From Bilabrum cf. latius (Eukaryota): DNA of 64,000 bases. This document shows, piece after piece, positions 36,212 to 47,845 of the stretch; positions within the stretch are counted from its first letter, which is position 1, and each line of letters starts with the position of its first letter. The notes beneath the pieces were generated by a model that ran no database searches, had not been told where the DNA came from, and saw only the letters and a list, made by a program, of their open reading frames with translations. The position numbers were made by a program, and so were the translations under genes. The stretch lies in contig OZ237771.1 in the NCBI GenBank assembly GCA_965178125.1, forward strand, positions 434,001 through 498,000, written 5' to 3'.

Positions 36212-39200
36212 ATGCTGCTGGTAGGTATGCCGGGGAAAGCCTTGCCTGCAGCTGTGCTGCCCGTAAGACCAGAGGTGCCCTACTCAGGGTACAGCCCCCG
36301 GAGGATGACCCGGGTCTTGGTCGCAACCTCTCCGGAGGACCATTCCGTTATCGTGCTCACGGATCCAGTGTCGAGTCCGCCGAGTGCCCCGGCCAAACCC
36401 TTGCTCGTCGCATCCCCTGCCTCACCCGTCTTGGTCGAGTTTTCTCGCTGTTCCCCAGCGTTAGGCTCCCCGGTCGCAATGGCCTTCAGCGCGCGGAGCA
36501 TCCAGGCCACCCACGCGCGGGCTGGCTGCTGCTGGGTCAACGCAAGGGGCATGCGCGCCACAATGCGATGCACCTGGCCGGCCATCCATCGGGCCAGCTT
36601 CATGCGCCCCTGCCCTCTGCTCGCACCCATCACACCGCAACATCTGGCAGCCAGAGGCACCCACAGCCCCACAGTAGCCGCCACCGCGCACCCCTAACCG
36701 AACCGATTCCAGCCAGCCCCCCTTCTCGCGATTGTGCCCTGCCTCTGCCTCTGGTCCTGCCATCGCATGTCATCGTGCCACTGGCCCAGCTCTGCGACAA
36801 CAGCCCAGAGCGCGTCGGGCATGTGACCACCACTCTTGCCACCCTCAGCTTGCTCCCCATCATCAACCCTAGCCCCCCGGGTCCACCAACTCGACGCCTC
36901 TCCCTGCACACAGGCGGCGTGCAGTCCTTTCGCAACCAGAGGCAGCGCTGCTCCCGCCGCCCATGCCTCCAGCTGGCCCCCTGTGGGCCCGCCCAGCACG
37001 GGCATGCCGGCGATCGGAGCCACCACGTGCCTCACGGACGGGTCATCACCCGTCCACCCCTGCATGCCCGCCTCCAGCGCCGGCACCATGGCCTCCCACA
37101 TGTTCCGCACGGCGCCGCGCACTACATTGGCCCACGACGGTGCCGGTGAGGCATCAAGCCCTGCGCTCGGATCGGCACCGACCACGTCAGCGAGCTCAAC
37201 CGCCGCGTTGTTCCTCGTACCATCTCCGCTGATCCGATCCGTGATCCGATCCATGATCCGATCCAGCAGCACCTCCTGCTTTCCCCAGGCCCGCCCCGTC
37301 TCATCCCCGGGCGCGGCCCACAGCCCCAGAGCCACCGCAGCTGCCGCCGAGGGGGCGGGCCCTTCCCCCCCTGCCGCCCTGGCGAGGGAGGCCCACGGCT
37401 CGAGCAGGGCGGCGGGGGGCACTGGGGAGGACGAGGGGGCGCTGGCCCACGCGCGACCCACGCTCTGGCATGCCGAGCCCAGCATGGATCGAAGGAGGGG
37501 ACCAACACTCCCTGGGCTGGCAGCAAGCGCGGGACCGGCCGACCGAGCCACCCAGGCGGCGCGGTCGCTGAACTGCCGGAGAGCCTCGGTTGCACCACCG
37601 TGCGCTGCACTCTCCCGCGCCATGGCATCCAGAGCCTCTGCCAGCAGCGGGGCGATGGATGCGTCCGCCACCGCGCTGACGGCAGCGGCGCCGCGCAACT
37701 GCGCATCTCCCAGCGGAACATCCAGCGGGTCTCTCTAACGGCGCCTACCCCTGTGCCTGGCTGCCACCCTGTCCCGGGTCATGCGCCCTGTGACGAGTGC
37801 ATCGTAGTCGTCACTATCTGGACCATCGTCGCTGTCTCGACACAGCCCCCTGCTGTTCCCTGGATCGTTGTTCCCTGTGAGATTCCCCCCCCTCCCTGGG
37901 GGCCCTAGCCCGGTGCCCCCCGCCGCCACCCGCCGCATCGTCCGCACCGCCCGTGCCACTGCGCAGAGGCCGAGAGCACCATCGTGCGATGCACCCATCC
38001 GGTCTACCGACTCTCTCGCTGCCATTCGCAGAGGTCTCCTGGCCGCAGCTGCCAGCAGCACGCCCAGCCCCAGCCCGGCCCGGACCGCGCCGACCGACAC
38101 CTGCCCCTCGATTGCCGACGGGTTGGATCCATGCAGAGCCTCGTCACGTGCAGGAGCGGGTGTAGGTGCAGGTGCGTTGCCGTGGCTGGCTGCGTACAGT
38201 AGAGGCATGAAGCGGTGCAGTACCGCAGTGCCATGCACAACGACCTCACTCGGCTCCGGCCGGCCCTTGCTTCTGTCCTTGCCCCTACCCCTTCCACCTA
38301 TCCTTACCTCTACGTCTTCTCCTCCCGTTGATCCGATCATATCAGGCCCCGATGCACTCGCCACACCGCTTGCGGCACCAGACTTGTTTTTCCCTGTGGC
38401 GCCGATGGAGCCAGCTTGCCCCGGCCCCGGCCCTTGCCCTTGCTCTGCTTCTGCCCCGCCCGCCGTAGACCGCATGGGCATCGGCTCGAGTCCATCCACA
38501 GCGGCTCGCCAGCCATCAATGGGGCAGGGCTTCCCGCCGGCGATCGAGCCGGCTAGCAGCAGGCGCCGCGCAAGCTCCGCAGCACCACCCACTGCTGTTG
38601 CCCGGGCTTCGGCCGCGGCTGCCGCCGCCCGCAGCCGCACCAGCTCGGCGCGCATGGAGGCAGCCCGGCGCGCCGCCGCCGCCGCCGCCCGCCTGGCCCC
38701 CTTGGCCCGGCCCTCTGCCTCGGATCCCAGCCGGCTGAGGTTGTGCGCGAGTGCCCGCCCGGCCGACACGCGGGTGCTAGCAGCACCACCGCGCGATGCA
38801 CCTTGCACGTCCTCGTCACCGGAGGAGTACCCATCCGTGCCGGCAAGCGCGGCGCCTGCCTTGGTTGCGGAACCAGATGCCGCTCCCAGCAGCACGGTGC
38901 GCGGCGCCCCTCCCCCCCTCAGATCCGTCGCAACGATCCCGCTGGCTTCCGGTCCCTATCCCGTTCCCCCCTGCTCCATTTCCCCCTGCCCCAGGCCATC
39001 ATCGAAGAAGGACCCCAGGAGCCCAGCCTCGGCTGCTTGGCTCCCTGTCAGCAACGCCTCCCTCTTTCTAGCGCCTTTACTATGCCCCCCCCTCTTCCTC
39101 TTCCTGGTTCCTCCTCTTCGCTGCACCGGCTGCCCGTACTCATCGAACTCAACGGACATATCCGAGTCGCCCTCGTCTTCATCGGCAGGAAGTGACGACA

Positions 39201-40221
39201 GCTCCGACGATTCGGAGCCGGAGCCACTCGAAATGTCACCCTCCGAATCGCCAGCTCCTTCGTCCTCCTCCGCCTCCTGCACATACCCCTGCTTGCCCTT
39301 GCTCTTGCTCTTGCTTTGGCCCGCCCACAGCAGCCTAGCCTCCCTCTTCCGCTTGGCGCGCCTACGCGCGATCCGATCCTTCTTCCGGTTTAGCGCGTCC
39401 GTTCCCCGACCCTCCGCCCGCGCCGCCGCCTCCTCGTCCCCTCCCGCCTGCGCCCTGTCCTTCTCTAACTGCACGTTACTGTCCACCACCTCGGACCCCC
39501 GGGAGCCCAGCCCGGCCCGCCCCTGCCTCTGCTTGGCCCGCACGTACGTCCGCACCCCCTGCTCGTACCGACCCAGCTGGCCCTGGAACCCAAATCGGCG
39601 CAGGTAGGAAAGGGCAAAAGAGCCGCCCCCGCCCTGGCGCGCCAGACGGGCCACAGAGTCGGCGAGAGTGGCGGGGATCGGAGCAGCTGCTCGGGAGGAG
39701 GGGCGCCCCATTCCGGCGCCCGATCCCGAGCCTGATGCTGCGGCGGATGCCCCAGCGGAACCGGCCGCGTCGCTGGTGGCTGCCACTGGTCGGAGGGTCT
39801 ATAGGAAGCGAGCATCGGATGGGAGCTATGGACCGGCTGCTTGCCTGCCGCCCACCCGGATGCCGCTCGTGGCAGAGGCCAGCAGAGCACCAACAGAACT
39901 CGGCGCTGGCCGCTCCGCGTTACCAGTTCGGCGCAGTGTAGCAGGCGAAGGTGGATTGCGTTCATGTGGAATTGCCTTCGGCTGCACAGGCGCTTTGGCA
40001 GGTGGTTTTCGCCTCTCGGGAACGAAGGCAACCGGTCTCTGTGCAAGTGGTACATCATTTCCTCTGCCCTTGCTCCCACGACCGCGGGAACTCGACCCCC
40101 TTATCTCATTTTGAATAGATTCTCCGTCCCCAAATACTCCAAGCATTGCATTTTCCTTTCGCTAATCACGGGAAAAGCCGGAGCTGTGGCCAATACCACT
40201 CCCCAATCCAGCCCTTCGCAT
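35752..40221 (-). CDS. TFIP11: Tuftelin-interacting protein 11 / Ntr1 spliceosome-disassembly factor (G-patch), ~1,490 aa, apparently intronless
   Basis: N-terminal (TAG)RKENAMLGVFGD and RPVAFV, G-patch SFALSYLRRFGFQGQLGRYEQG, C-terminal YRVGRALVSFERGAV...VPVTVEQL. Six track ORFs form one frame joined by TAG; ends TGA 35752. Confidence 0.8.
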
Positions 40222-40497
40222 GGATTCACGGTTTCGTACCTAGATACAACAACAGTTAACTCAGTTTATGCAACTGACATGACCAGCGGGCTACAATGAT
40301 CTCTTATCGATATATTTTTGGAACGGCGTAGTGTTAATACACACTTTTTCTAAACAACACGGTACAATATGTTTCAGGTCCGGCGGTGGACTCGGCCGCA
40401 AATTGAGCAAGAAGCAAGGCTACCACGGTAATGCTTCTACTCTTTAGTTGATTTCATTGTTTTGACATATTATCGACCTGGAATCTGTATTTATACC

Positions 40498-41481
40498 ATG
40501 GGTTTCAAAACAGCATGCAGCCGAATCGTTGCGGTTGCACTTGCGTTTGCATGGCTAGTTACAGCACAGCATGCGGGTCCAGATACTGCCATTGCGCGTG
40601 GAGAGATTGCCAATGGGTCATCATCATGTTTAGCAGCAGAGCCTTTCGGACCACGGTTTTCACAGGCGCCGGGTGAAGTCTGCCCGGATGGCGCAGATAA
40701 GAATTGCGGGAATGGCGTGTGCTGTAAGAGTTTGGGCCCGTTGTCATTGCCGAACATAGCGAAGATATGACCAAAATAGTTTATCCATTCTAAGCAACGA
40801 TGCTATACTTCTTCGTGGCCGCAGGTGACGTTGATCACAGATGCTGTGGCACGTGAGACGTCCGTACGAGCTGCAAGGCGGCATGCCGGATAGCTTGACA
40901 CCATCACTATGCATTCCAAGCAGGAAGCAACTGCGTCTCCCGTGCCCGATGAACACCACCTGCATTGCCTTGATTATCAGTGCACTCGCGCGCCCCTCTG
41001 CCACCACCTCTCGAACATGAGCCTCTCTTCCTTTCCCGTCATGCAGCGACTTGCGGTGCTATGAATTCATTTGCAACGACACATGTGAGACCCATCCATT
41101 CGGCGATCGCACTGGCACTGCGCCACGGGGGTTGCTTCATGTTGCGTGCGTTGTAGCTCGCTCGGGATAGGGTACAGGGTTGTGCTGGAGAGACGAGAGA
41201 GGCGCGCACTGCACTGCACTGCACTGCACTGCACCGCTCGCATCAGGAGCGCAGAACCAGCCCTCGCTATTAAACAATCGCCATGCGACTCAATGACTCT
41301 TCTTGTTCCTACAGGTAGTGCATCACCGTGCAGTGCACCAAAGAGGGCCCTGCCGTCGGAGTGGCCCTGGCACTGGCACTGGTGTGGATCTGGATCGGCG
41401 ATGGGGCGCGCTGTTGGGTGCGCGACTGCAGCGGTCGGAGGACTGGCAGTGCTTGCTAGTACAGTATTTGCCAGGCATTGA
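40498..41481 (+). CDS. Small secreted or surface Cys-rich protein, possibly GPI-anchored; exons 40498-40723, 40825-40852, 41047-41084, 41315-41481
   Basis: Signal peptide MGFKTACSRIVAVALAFAWLVTA. Phase-consistent GT..AG introns give CPDGADKNCGNGVCCDVDHRCCGTDLRCYEFICNDTCSASPC, then a hydrophobic C-terminus and TGA. Confidence 0.6.
41206..41234. repeat. Intronic pentamer microsatellite (GCACT)n
   Basis: gcactgcactgcactgcactgcactgcac within intron 41085-41314. Confidence 0.85.
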
Positions 41482-41638
41482 AGTGCAAGGGGAAGAAATG
41501 AGGAGTTGATTGCAGTGGCTTCGGCGGGGTATTTTAACTCGGATTTGCTTTGTAACGTGACGTAAATTTCTTGACGAAAGTCACCCGTCTTGTCTGCAAT
41601 TTGCAGCAAACACATCAAGTCAAACTAACATCGGAGTC

Positions 41639-43931
41639 ATGATCGGACTTGCACAGGTTATTATTGGTGCGTCCGCGCTAGCAGGTGTTTCGCACGCCAT
41701 GAACAACGGGCTTGTGAAGACTCCCCCAATGGTGAGGTCGTCTACGGCTATGCTCAATCTGCTTCAGTAGCGTTCACTGTGTGACAGTAAGCTCACAATT
41801 ATGCTATATATAGCGTTATATTGTTGTATCGCAGGGATTTTTGTCGTGGGAGAAGTGAGAATAGCCATAATTTCTTTGTTGCCGCACATCTTATCGTGCT
41901 TGCACGCGCGACTCTACCTTTATTTGTTTCCTCCTTCTACTGCAGGTTCCGGTGAGCAAGGTCTTTCAATGAAAAGTAATGTATTTGGTTGTTGGATCAG
42001 GCCAGCTGAGTAGTCCTCGGAACGACTTTAATTGCGACCGCACCTTGGTAGACGTACCCTCCACTCGCGACCGCAGGTGCAACACGGACTGCACGGATGA
42101 CCCGACCACTTGCATCTCTGAGCAGCTGTACATGGACATGGCAGACGCCATGGTAGAGCATGGGTATGCCGATGCCGGGTACGAGTACGTCCTGATCGAT
42201 GAGTGAGCATGGATGTGCATTTACGGCCAAGATCGCCGTATGACGCTTCAAAACGGTAGAGACTTCGGCAGCATGCGGCCGACGCTGATCGCGAACAATT
42301 GCTCACACAGTAATACACCTGTTGATCCATCGCCCATCGACTCTCGCAGCTGCTGGCCGGCCAAGGACCGCGACGCCAAGGGGCGGCTGGTCGCAGATCC
42401 CGTCCGCTTCCCGCACGGGATCAAGTGGCTGTCCGACTACGTGCACGGCAAGGGGCTCAAGCTGGGCATCTACACCGACATGGGAACGTGAGACATTGCC
42501 AGCATTCAATGCACGAGGTAGCAGTAGCCGTAATGCATCTGAAAGAGGTGGATATATAGATCCCCTCAGCAATCGGTCTTGCTCTTTCCTGCTGCCAAGC
42601 TGCCAGCTGATGGATGCGCCTGCCTCCTCATGGCGCACTCATCACACTCCACATGGCGCACTCATCACACGCACATCACCGCAGCAAGACGTGCGGAGGG
42701 TACCCTGGCACGCTGGACTACATCGACATCGACGCGCAGACCTTCGTGGACTGGAACCTGGACTCGGTCAAGATGGGTGAGAAGAGAGGGGCAACACGAG
42801 TAGAAAAGAGAAGAGGAGAGGAGATATAAGAGAGGGTATCAGATGGAAGGTGCCGGAACGGGCCTGGTCCGTGCTCGCTGTCACCTGTTCCCCGTCCCGA
42901 CCCCGCCTCCCACGCCCGCTGTCACACGCTCTCGCGCCCTTCCCCCTTTCTGCGCAGACGGGTGCTACAACAACAACAAGACGGCCATGCCCGCCGAGTA
43001 CAAGGCCTGGTCCGACGCAGTCAACAAGACGGGCCACCCCATGCTCTTCAGCTGCTCGTACCCCGCCTACTTCCAAGGCAACATGCCCATCGACTACAGG
43101 TACGTGGCCGAGATCTGCAACCTGGCCCGGCTGTACGCCGACATCCAGGACGACTGGGGGTCTGTCTCCGGCATCATCAATTTCTGGGGGGACCACCAGG
43201 AGGAACTCGGAGCCGTTGTGGGGGGTGAGTTTACCTCTAGACGCTAGAGCTGACTGATGCAAGTGCTTGGGCTTGGGCTTTTGTCTCGGTAACACCCCAG
43301 TGCATGCGACAGGTCAAAACCTGCATGCAGTGCACCAGCGCCTATTGCTCTATGTATGTACCGCCCCCCTCATCCCAATGTGCTCCACCTTCCCCCCTCC
43401 CCCCCCCCCATTCTATACTCACTATGTCTCATTCGCCCCTGTGTCACCACCATCGCCGCAGAGGGATACGTCCAGGACCCCGACATGCTCATCATCGGCG
43501 ATGGCGCCCTCCAGACCAAAGCCATGATGCAGACCCAGATGGCCATCTGGTCCATCGTCGCGGCGCCCATGTACATCTCCGCTGACCTGCGGAACATGTC
43601 AGCTGACGCGCACGCCGTGCTGACCAACAAGGACGCCATCGCGATCTCCCAGGACTCGGTGCTTCAGATGGGCAAGCGGGTGGACGTGTCCGTGGGCGAG
43701 ATGTGGTACCGCCCCCTTGCCAACGGGGACGTGGCAGTGGCGCTCTACAACCCCTCCACCAAGGGACCCGCCAATGTAACCGTTGACCTGAGGCTGGCCG
43801 GGATCAAGGACGGCGCCGCGCACGGGTTCGAGGTGTTCAGCGGAACCAAGATCTCGAGCGACGGCAAGGGATGGGTCGGGGCGGAGGTGCCTCAGCAGGG
43901 GGCCGTCATGTACAGGCTGACCCCCAACTGA
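41639..43931 (+). CDS. GH27 alpha-N-acetylgalactosaminidase/alpha-galactosidase A-like; 8 exons (41639-41731, 41835-41854, 41946-41951, 42077-42202, 42350-42487, 42685-42776, 42958-43224, 43462-43931)
   Basis: Spliced [37 protein letters not shown]...IDDCW...RFPHGIK...KLGIY...VKMDGCY...DPDMLIIG...[21 protein letters not shown] closely matches NAGA/GLA-type motifs. Confidence 0.93.
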
Positions 43932-44331
43932 GTGCTTGGGTGCAATGGACCAGGGGAGTGGGGTTAGGGCTCGGGAGTGGTGGGTGGGGGATGGTACTTC
44001 TGCATGGGGGCAGAGGTAGGGCGAGCCAGGTGTTGTCCATGGGGCGGGCGACCCGTCTGTAGTGGGGGCAGTTGAGCGCCCTTGCTCGCTTTGCGTAATG
44101 CGTTGCAGCTTGCATGAACATTGAATGCTTCCGATTACAGCACCAGCTCACGCAGCGCACATAAAAGCCGCCCAATAATACGCAAAACATGACAACACTG
44201 TTGGCATGCACATCATGCAGCATCGGATAGCTGAGCATGCCTGCTTGGGCTCCGCAATCGTCACGCGTTGCCGTTCGAACGGATTGCGGCCGCCGCATTT
44301 GAACGCTGGTTTGTTGGAATCGGGACTCGTC

Positions 44332-47300
44332 ATGGCATAGACAGCTTCCGCAGAAGATGAAATGAGAGCATACGCTTAGGTGAGCTGAAGCTTATTGCCA
44401 CCTGATGCTTGGAGTTGTCCAAACAAGCACTCCATGCATCGGCTCTGGCAGAGTGTGCAAGCTTGCCATGTGCCTCGCAGGTTCTTGAAAAGATGCAGAA
44501 AGAAGATCCCTCATAGTATGCTGAGGTTATGAAACAGCTTCAGTAGCAGCTAGGAGGGGGGGTACCTGGCGGAGGCCCCCCAGAAGAGGTAGGAGCCCAA
44601 ATAGCAACAACGTCGCTCTGCAGTATTGCGAACCTTTCCACTCTGGCACGCTGGGCTTTATCAATCACACACACACACTGCAGGCCATTGATATCGAGCC
44701 GGAGCCCGCTTTCGTGATCAAGACTCGCCGTGCACCCACGCGGCATTCGGGCAGTAGCCTATCTCTACCGACGGGCCCTGAAGGCTTGGCAGAAGGCGGA
44801 GCTCTACGGGAGCCGCAGAAGTTCTTCGTAAATGTGTGCACACACGACCATATCCCTGAGTTCTCCCGGCACACGTCCATCGGGGCCGACGGGCAGGAGC
44901 AGGAGGGCATCAGGGTGCCCGTCTCGGTCGCCCACGCGCTGCAGGACGCCAAGGATAAGGCGGGCCGGCCGTGCGCCGCCTGCGACGTGGTCGTGTCACC
45001 ATCGGTGGTTGCAGAGTGCGCGGCAGACCCCACAGGCCAGTTCCGCCACTTTGTGTGCCAGTTCCTCCTGCAGGCGGTGGAGAAGAAGCACGCGGCCGGG
45101 GGCGCCGCGCATTAGGGTGGTTCCGTATCGGCGTGGCGGCTGGAGACGGATTACAGGCTGCCCAAGCTCCAGTACCAGGGAACAATACCTCCGGCCAGCC
45201 ACAGGGTGCGCAAGAGGACAGCGCCAAAGGTGTAGGTGCAGCCTGTGGAGGGGGGTGACCGTGAGACTGGGGGCGGGAGGAGGGGGGGGAGGAGGGGGCA
45301 ATCGGGGGGAGGAAAGGCCACTGGAAGGCAGTCCAAAGGGGATGCAGGCAAAGGTGGGAGGGTTGCGTTCGAGAACGCCAGGCTGGTGGCCGAGGCGGAG
45401 GCAAGGGTGGCCATGGCGGGGGGGGGTTCCATGCTGGGGGGGGATGGCCGACTGAGGGTGCGTGCGATGGGGGAGGAGGAGGAGGAGGGAAGGAGGCTGG
45501 ATGGGCTCAAGCAGGTGGGTAGGGGCGGTGTGACGAATGGGGAGATGCAGGGGGAAGGGGCCGGGGCGGCGGCAGCTGCCTATGATCCTGAGCTAGGGGC
45601 TGGAGCATCGGCTGCGGCGGATCTGCTCCGATCTACGGAGTCAAGTGAGACACCAACGGGCGAATCAACGGGCCCAAAAGTGCAAGAAGTGCCACCTGAG
45701 AGTATGGGTGGTGTGACGAGTGCTGGGAGGGGTACGGGCACCATCCGTGAAGGCAGGGCCGGCAGTGTGGGGTCGGATGGCATGCACAAGGGGGGCAAAG
45801 GAAACGGAAATAGCAAGGGCAAGGGCAATGGCAAGGGCATGGTGGGCAGAGGCTTCCTCCGCGCGAGGAGGAGCAAGCCCGTGCAGAGACCCAGGGCCCC
45901 GCCAGCGGCTATCCGGAGCCGAATCTCCATGTTTGCCCTGCCCGCCCCCCCTCCCTCTGGGGGCGATGCGCGGGGGGGGCAGGGGCTGGAGGCGCTGCAG
46001 TGCGCTGCACGCGGGATGCTCGATGCGATTGCCTCTGACCCACAGGGACCCAACAGCTAGGTGCATCGCACTGCAGGGCTGGACCCCAGGGATGTATGGC
46101 GCGCGACCGGCTGCACCCGCGCCGGCTGGGACAGGGAGGCGTGGGCCGGGCTGCCGGCGGACTGGGCTGCGCTGGCTGGGCTTAGGGAGCTGCAGCACGG
46201 GTGGGTCCGGCAGATCCGGATGGGTGTGACGAGTGCGCGGAGGGGCGGTGATGGCGGTGGTGCTGGTCGAGGTGCCGCATCGAGCGAGCTTCGGTCGGTG
46301 CTGGATGGCGCGCGAACTTTCGTGAAGCGGTGGAGAGATGGAGGCATCGGAATCGGGGTTCTGGGGGTGGACGTGGCGTGCGCTTTGGACCGATCGCAGG
46401 CTCAGTGTGACGAGTGGCTAGGGAAGGCGGGGCTGGCTGGAGCCATGCAGGCGGCGGGGCGGCAGGGCGCGGTGCCCGCAGACGTCGTGTCTGCTCTTTC
46501 GGACGGTGTGACGAGTGAGGAGGGTTCTGCCAGGGTGTGTCTCCTCAGTGTAGAGGATGGTGGGGGGCAGTCGCGCCAGAAAGACGGGGCAGCCAGCGGC
46601 CTGGATGCTTCTCCTCTTGCACCCCCGTCTCTTGCGCGAGCCAACGCGGCTGCCAAGGAGGCGGGGGCCAGGGAACCTTCGCTGCGAGTGAACCTTTCGG
46701 AGGAGGCCCTGGGGATTTAGGCTCCGGGTCATCGCGCCGCCGAGGAAGTGCTGCCCTGCTGCGTGTGCCCAGGCGGTGTGACGAGTGACGGGGCCCTGCA
46801 GATGCGGGGTCATCTAGACCTGACCCTTGCCCCCCATGTTGGGGTCAGGGTGCGACTCCTCTCCGAGGCGGGGGCCAGGGGTCTAGCGGTTCTGCTGGCG
46901 GTGGATGCGGGGGAGAGCATCATGGGGCCGGAATCACCGGGCGCAGAGCAGAGGGACGGCAAGGGCGAAGACAAAGCTGAGGGTGAGGCTGGGCACGAGG
47001 GCAAGGGCGGAGGGGAGGGTGAGCTGCCGTCTCGCGCCCTTGCTGCCCTGGGCCTGGCTTGTTCTCTGGTGGAGTTGGCCGGGGGCGACCGGGCGGGGGC
47101 CGTGATTCCGGCTCCGGATACTTCATCTGCCAAACCAGGCACCCTGTTCTACCGCCCGGGTCCCGATTCCGGATCCAAGCAGGAGCGGGTGCGCGCTGCC
47201 TTCAGAGCTGCGGGGGGGAGGGGGGATCGTGAGGATGGAGCCAGTGGAAATGAAATGGAAGGGGAAGGGCGGGATGACGGTTCGGTAGATGGGGTTGAAA

Positions 47301-47683
47301 GCATCGGTGCAGCAGACAGGGGTGCCGCACCTCCCGATGACGCTATCGACGAACACACGGTGCTTCCCGAGGACGCCTTCCACCAGCGGGACCCGTATTC
47401 GATGCATCTGCTGCGCCAGAGGGAGGAGGGCAGAGAGAAGAAGAAGAAAGAAAGGATGGAGAAGGAGGACAGAGAGAGGAAGAGGGTCGCCGCTCTTGCA
47501 GCTGGGGGCGCCGGAGCTGCGGCTGGCGGTGCTGCTGCCGCCGCGGGCGAGCACGTGTCTGGAGCAAGTGCCACGGCAGCGAGCAGCGCGGCGCAGGTGG
47601 AGCCGGGCAGGGTCGGGACCAAGGACCCAAGCCAGACCGCTGACCTGCGGCTGGAGGCAGTTGACGGGCTTGATCTGCTGTGA
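44332..47683 (+). CDS. PIH1-domain protein (PIH1D1/DNAAF2-kintoun-like co-chaperone) with long low-complexity tail; introns 44380-44480, 44589-44683
   Basis: IEPEPAFVIKT, KFFVNVCTHDHIP, IRVPVSV, DKAGRPCAACDVVVSP and YRLPKLQYQG. ORFs 44714, 45236, 46061 and 46748 are in frame via TAG; ends TGA. Confidence 0.82.
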
Positions 47684-47845
47684 GCATGCGCTGGCAGCTG
47701 ATGCTGATGGTAATTTGAGCGCTCTGGCCATGGCCGCGATGCCTAAGAGAAGGTTCATGAATCTGTGAGAGCGTGCTCACTTCATTCCGTTGTATCAAAC
47801 CCGACAAGTGTACAGCGCCACTGATTGTTGCATGCGTGTACAGCA

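Noticed and set aside
37868-39607. Long antisense ORFs (e.g. 37868..39607 +, 11152..12618 +, 32935..34422 -, 24331..25434 -)
   Set aside because: They are shadow ORFs of GC-rich real genes on the opposite strand, with no domain motifs.
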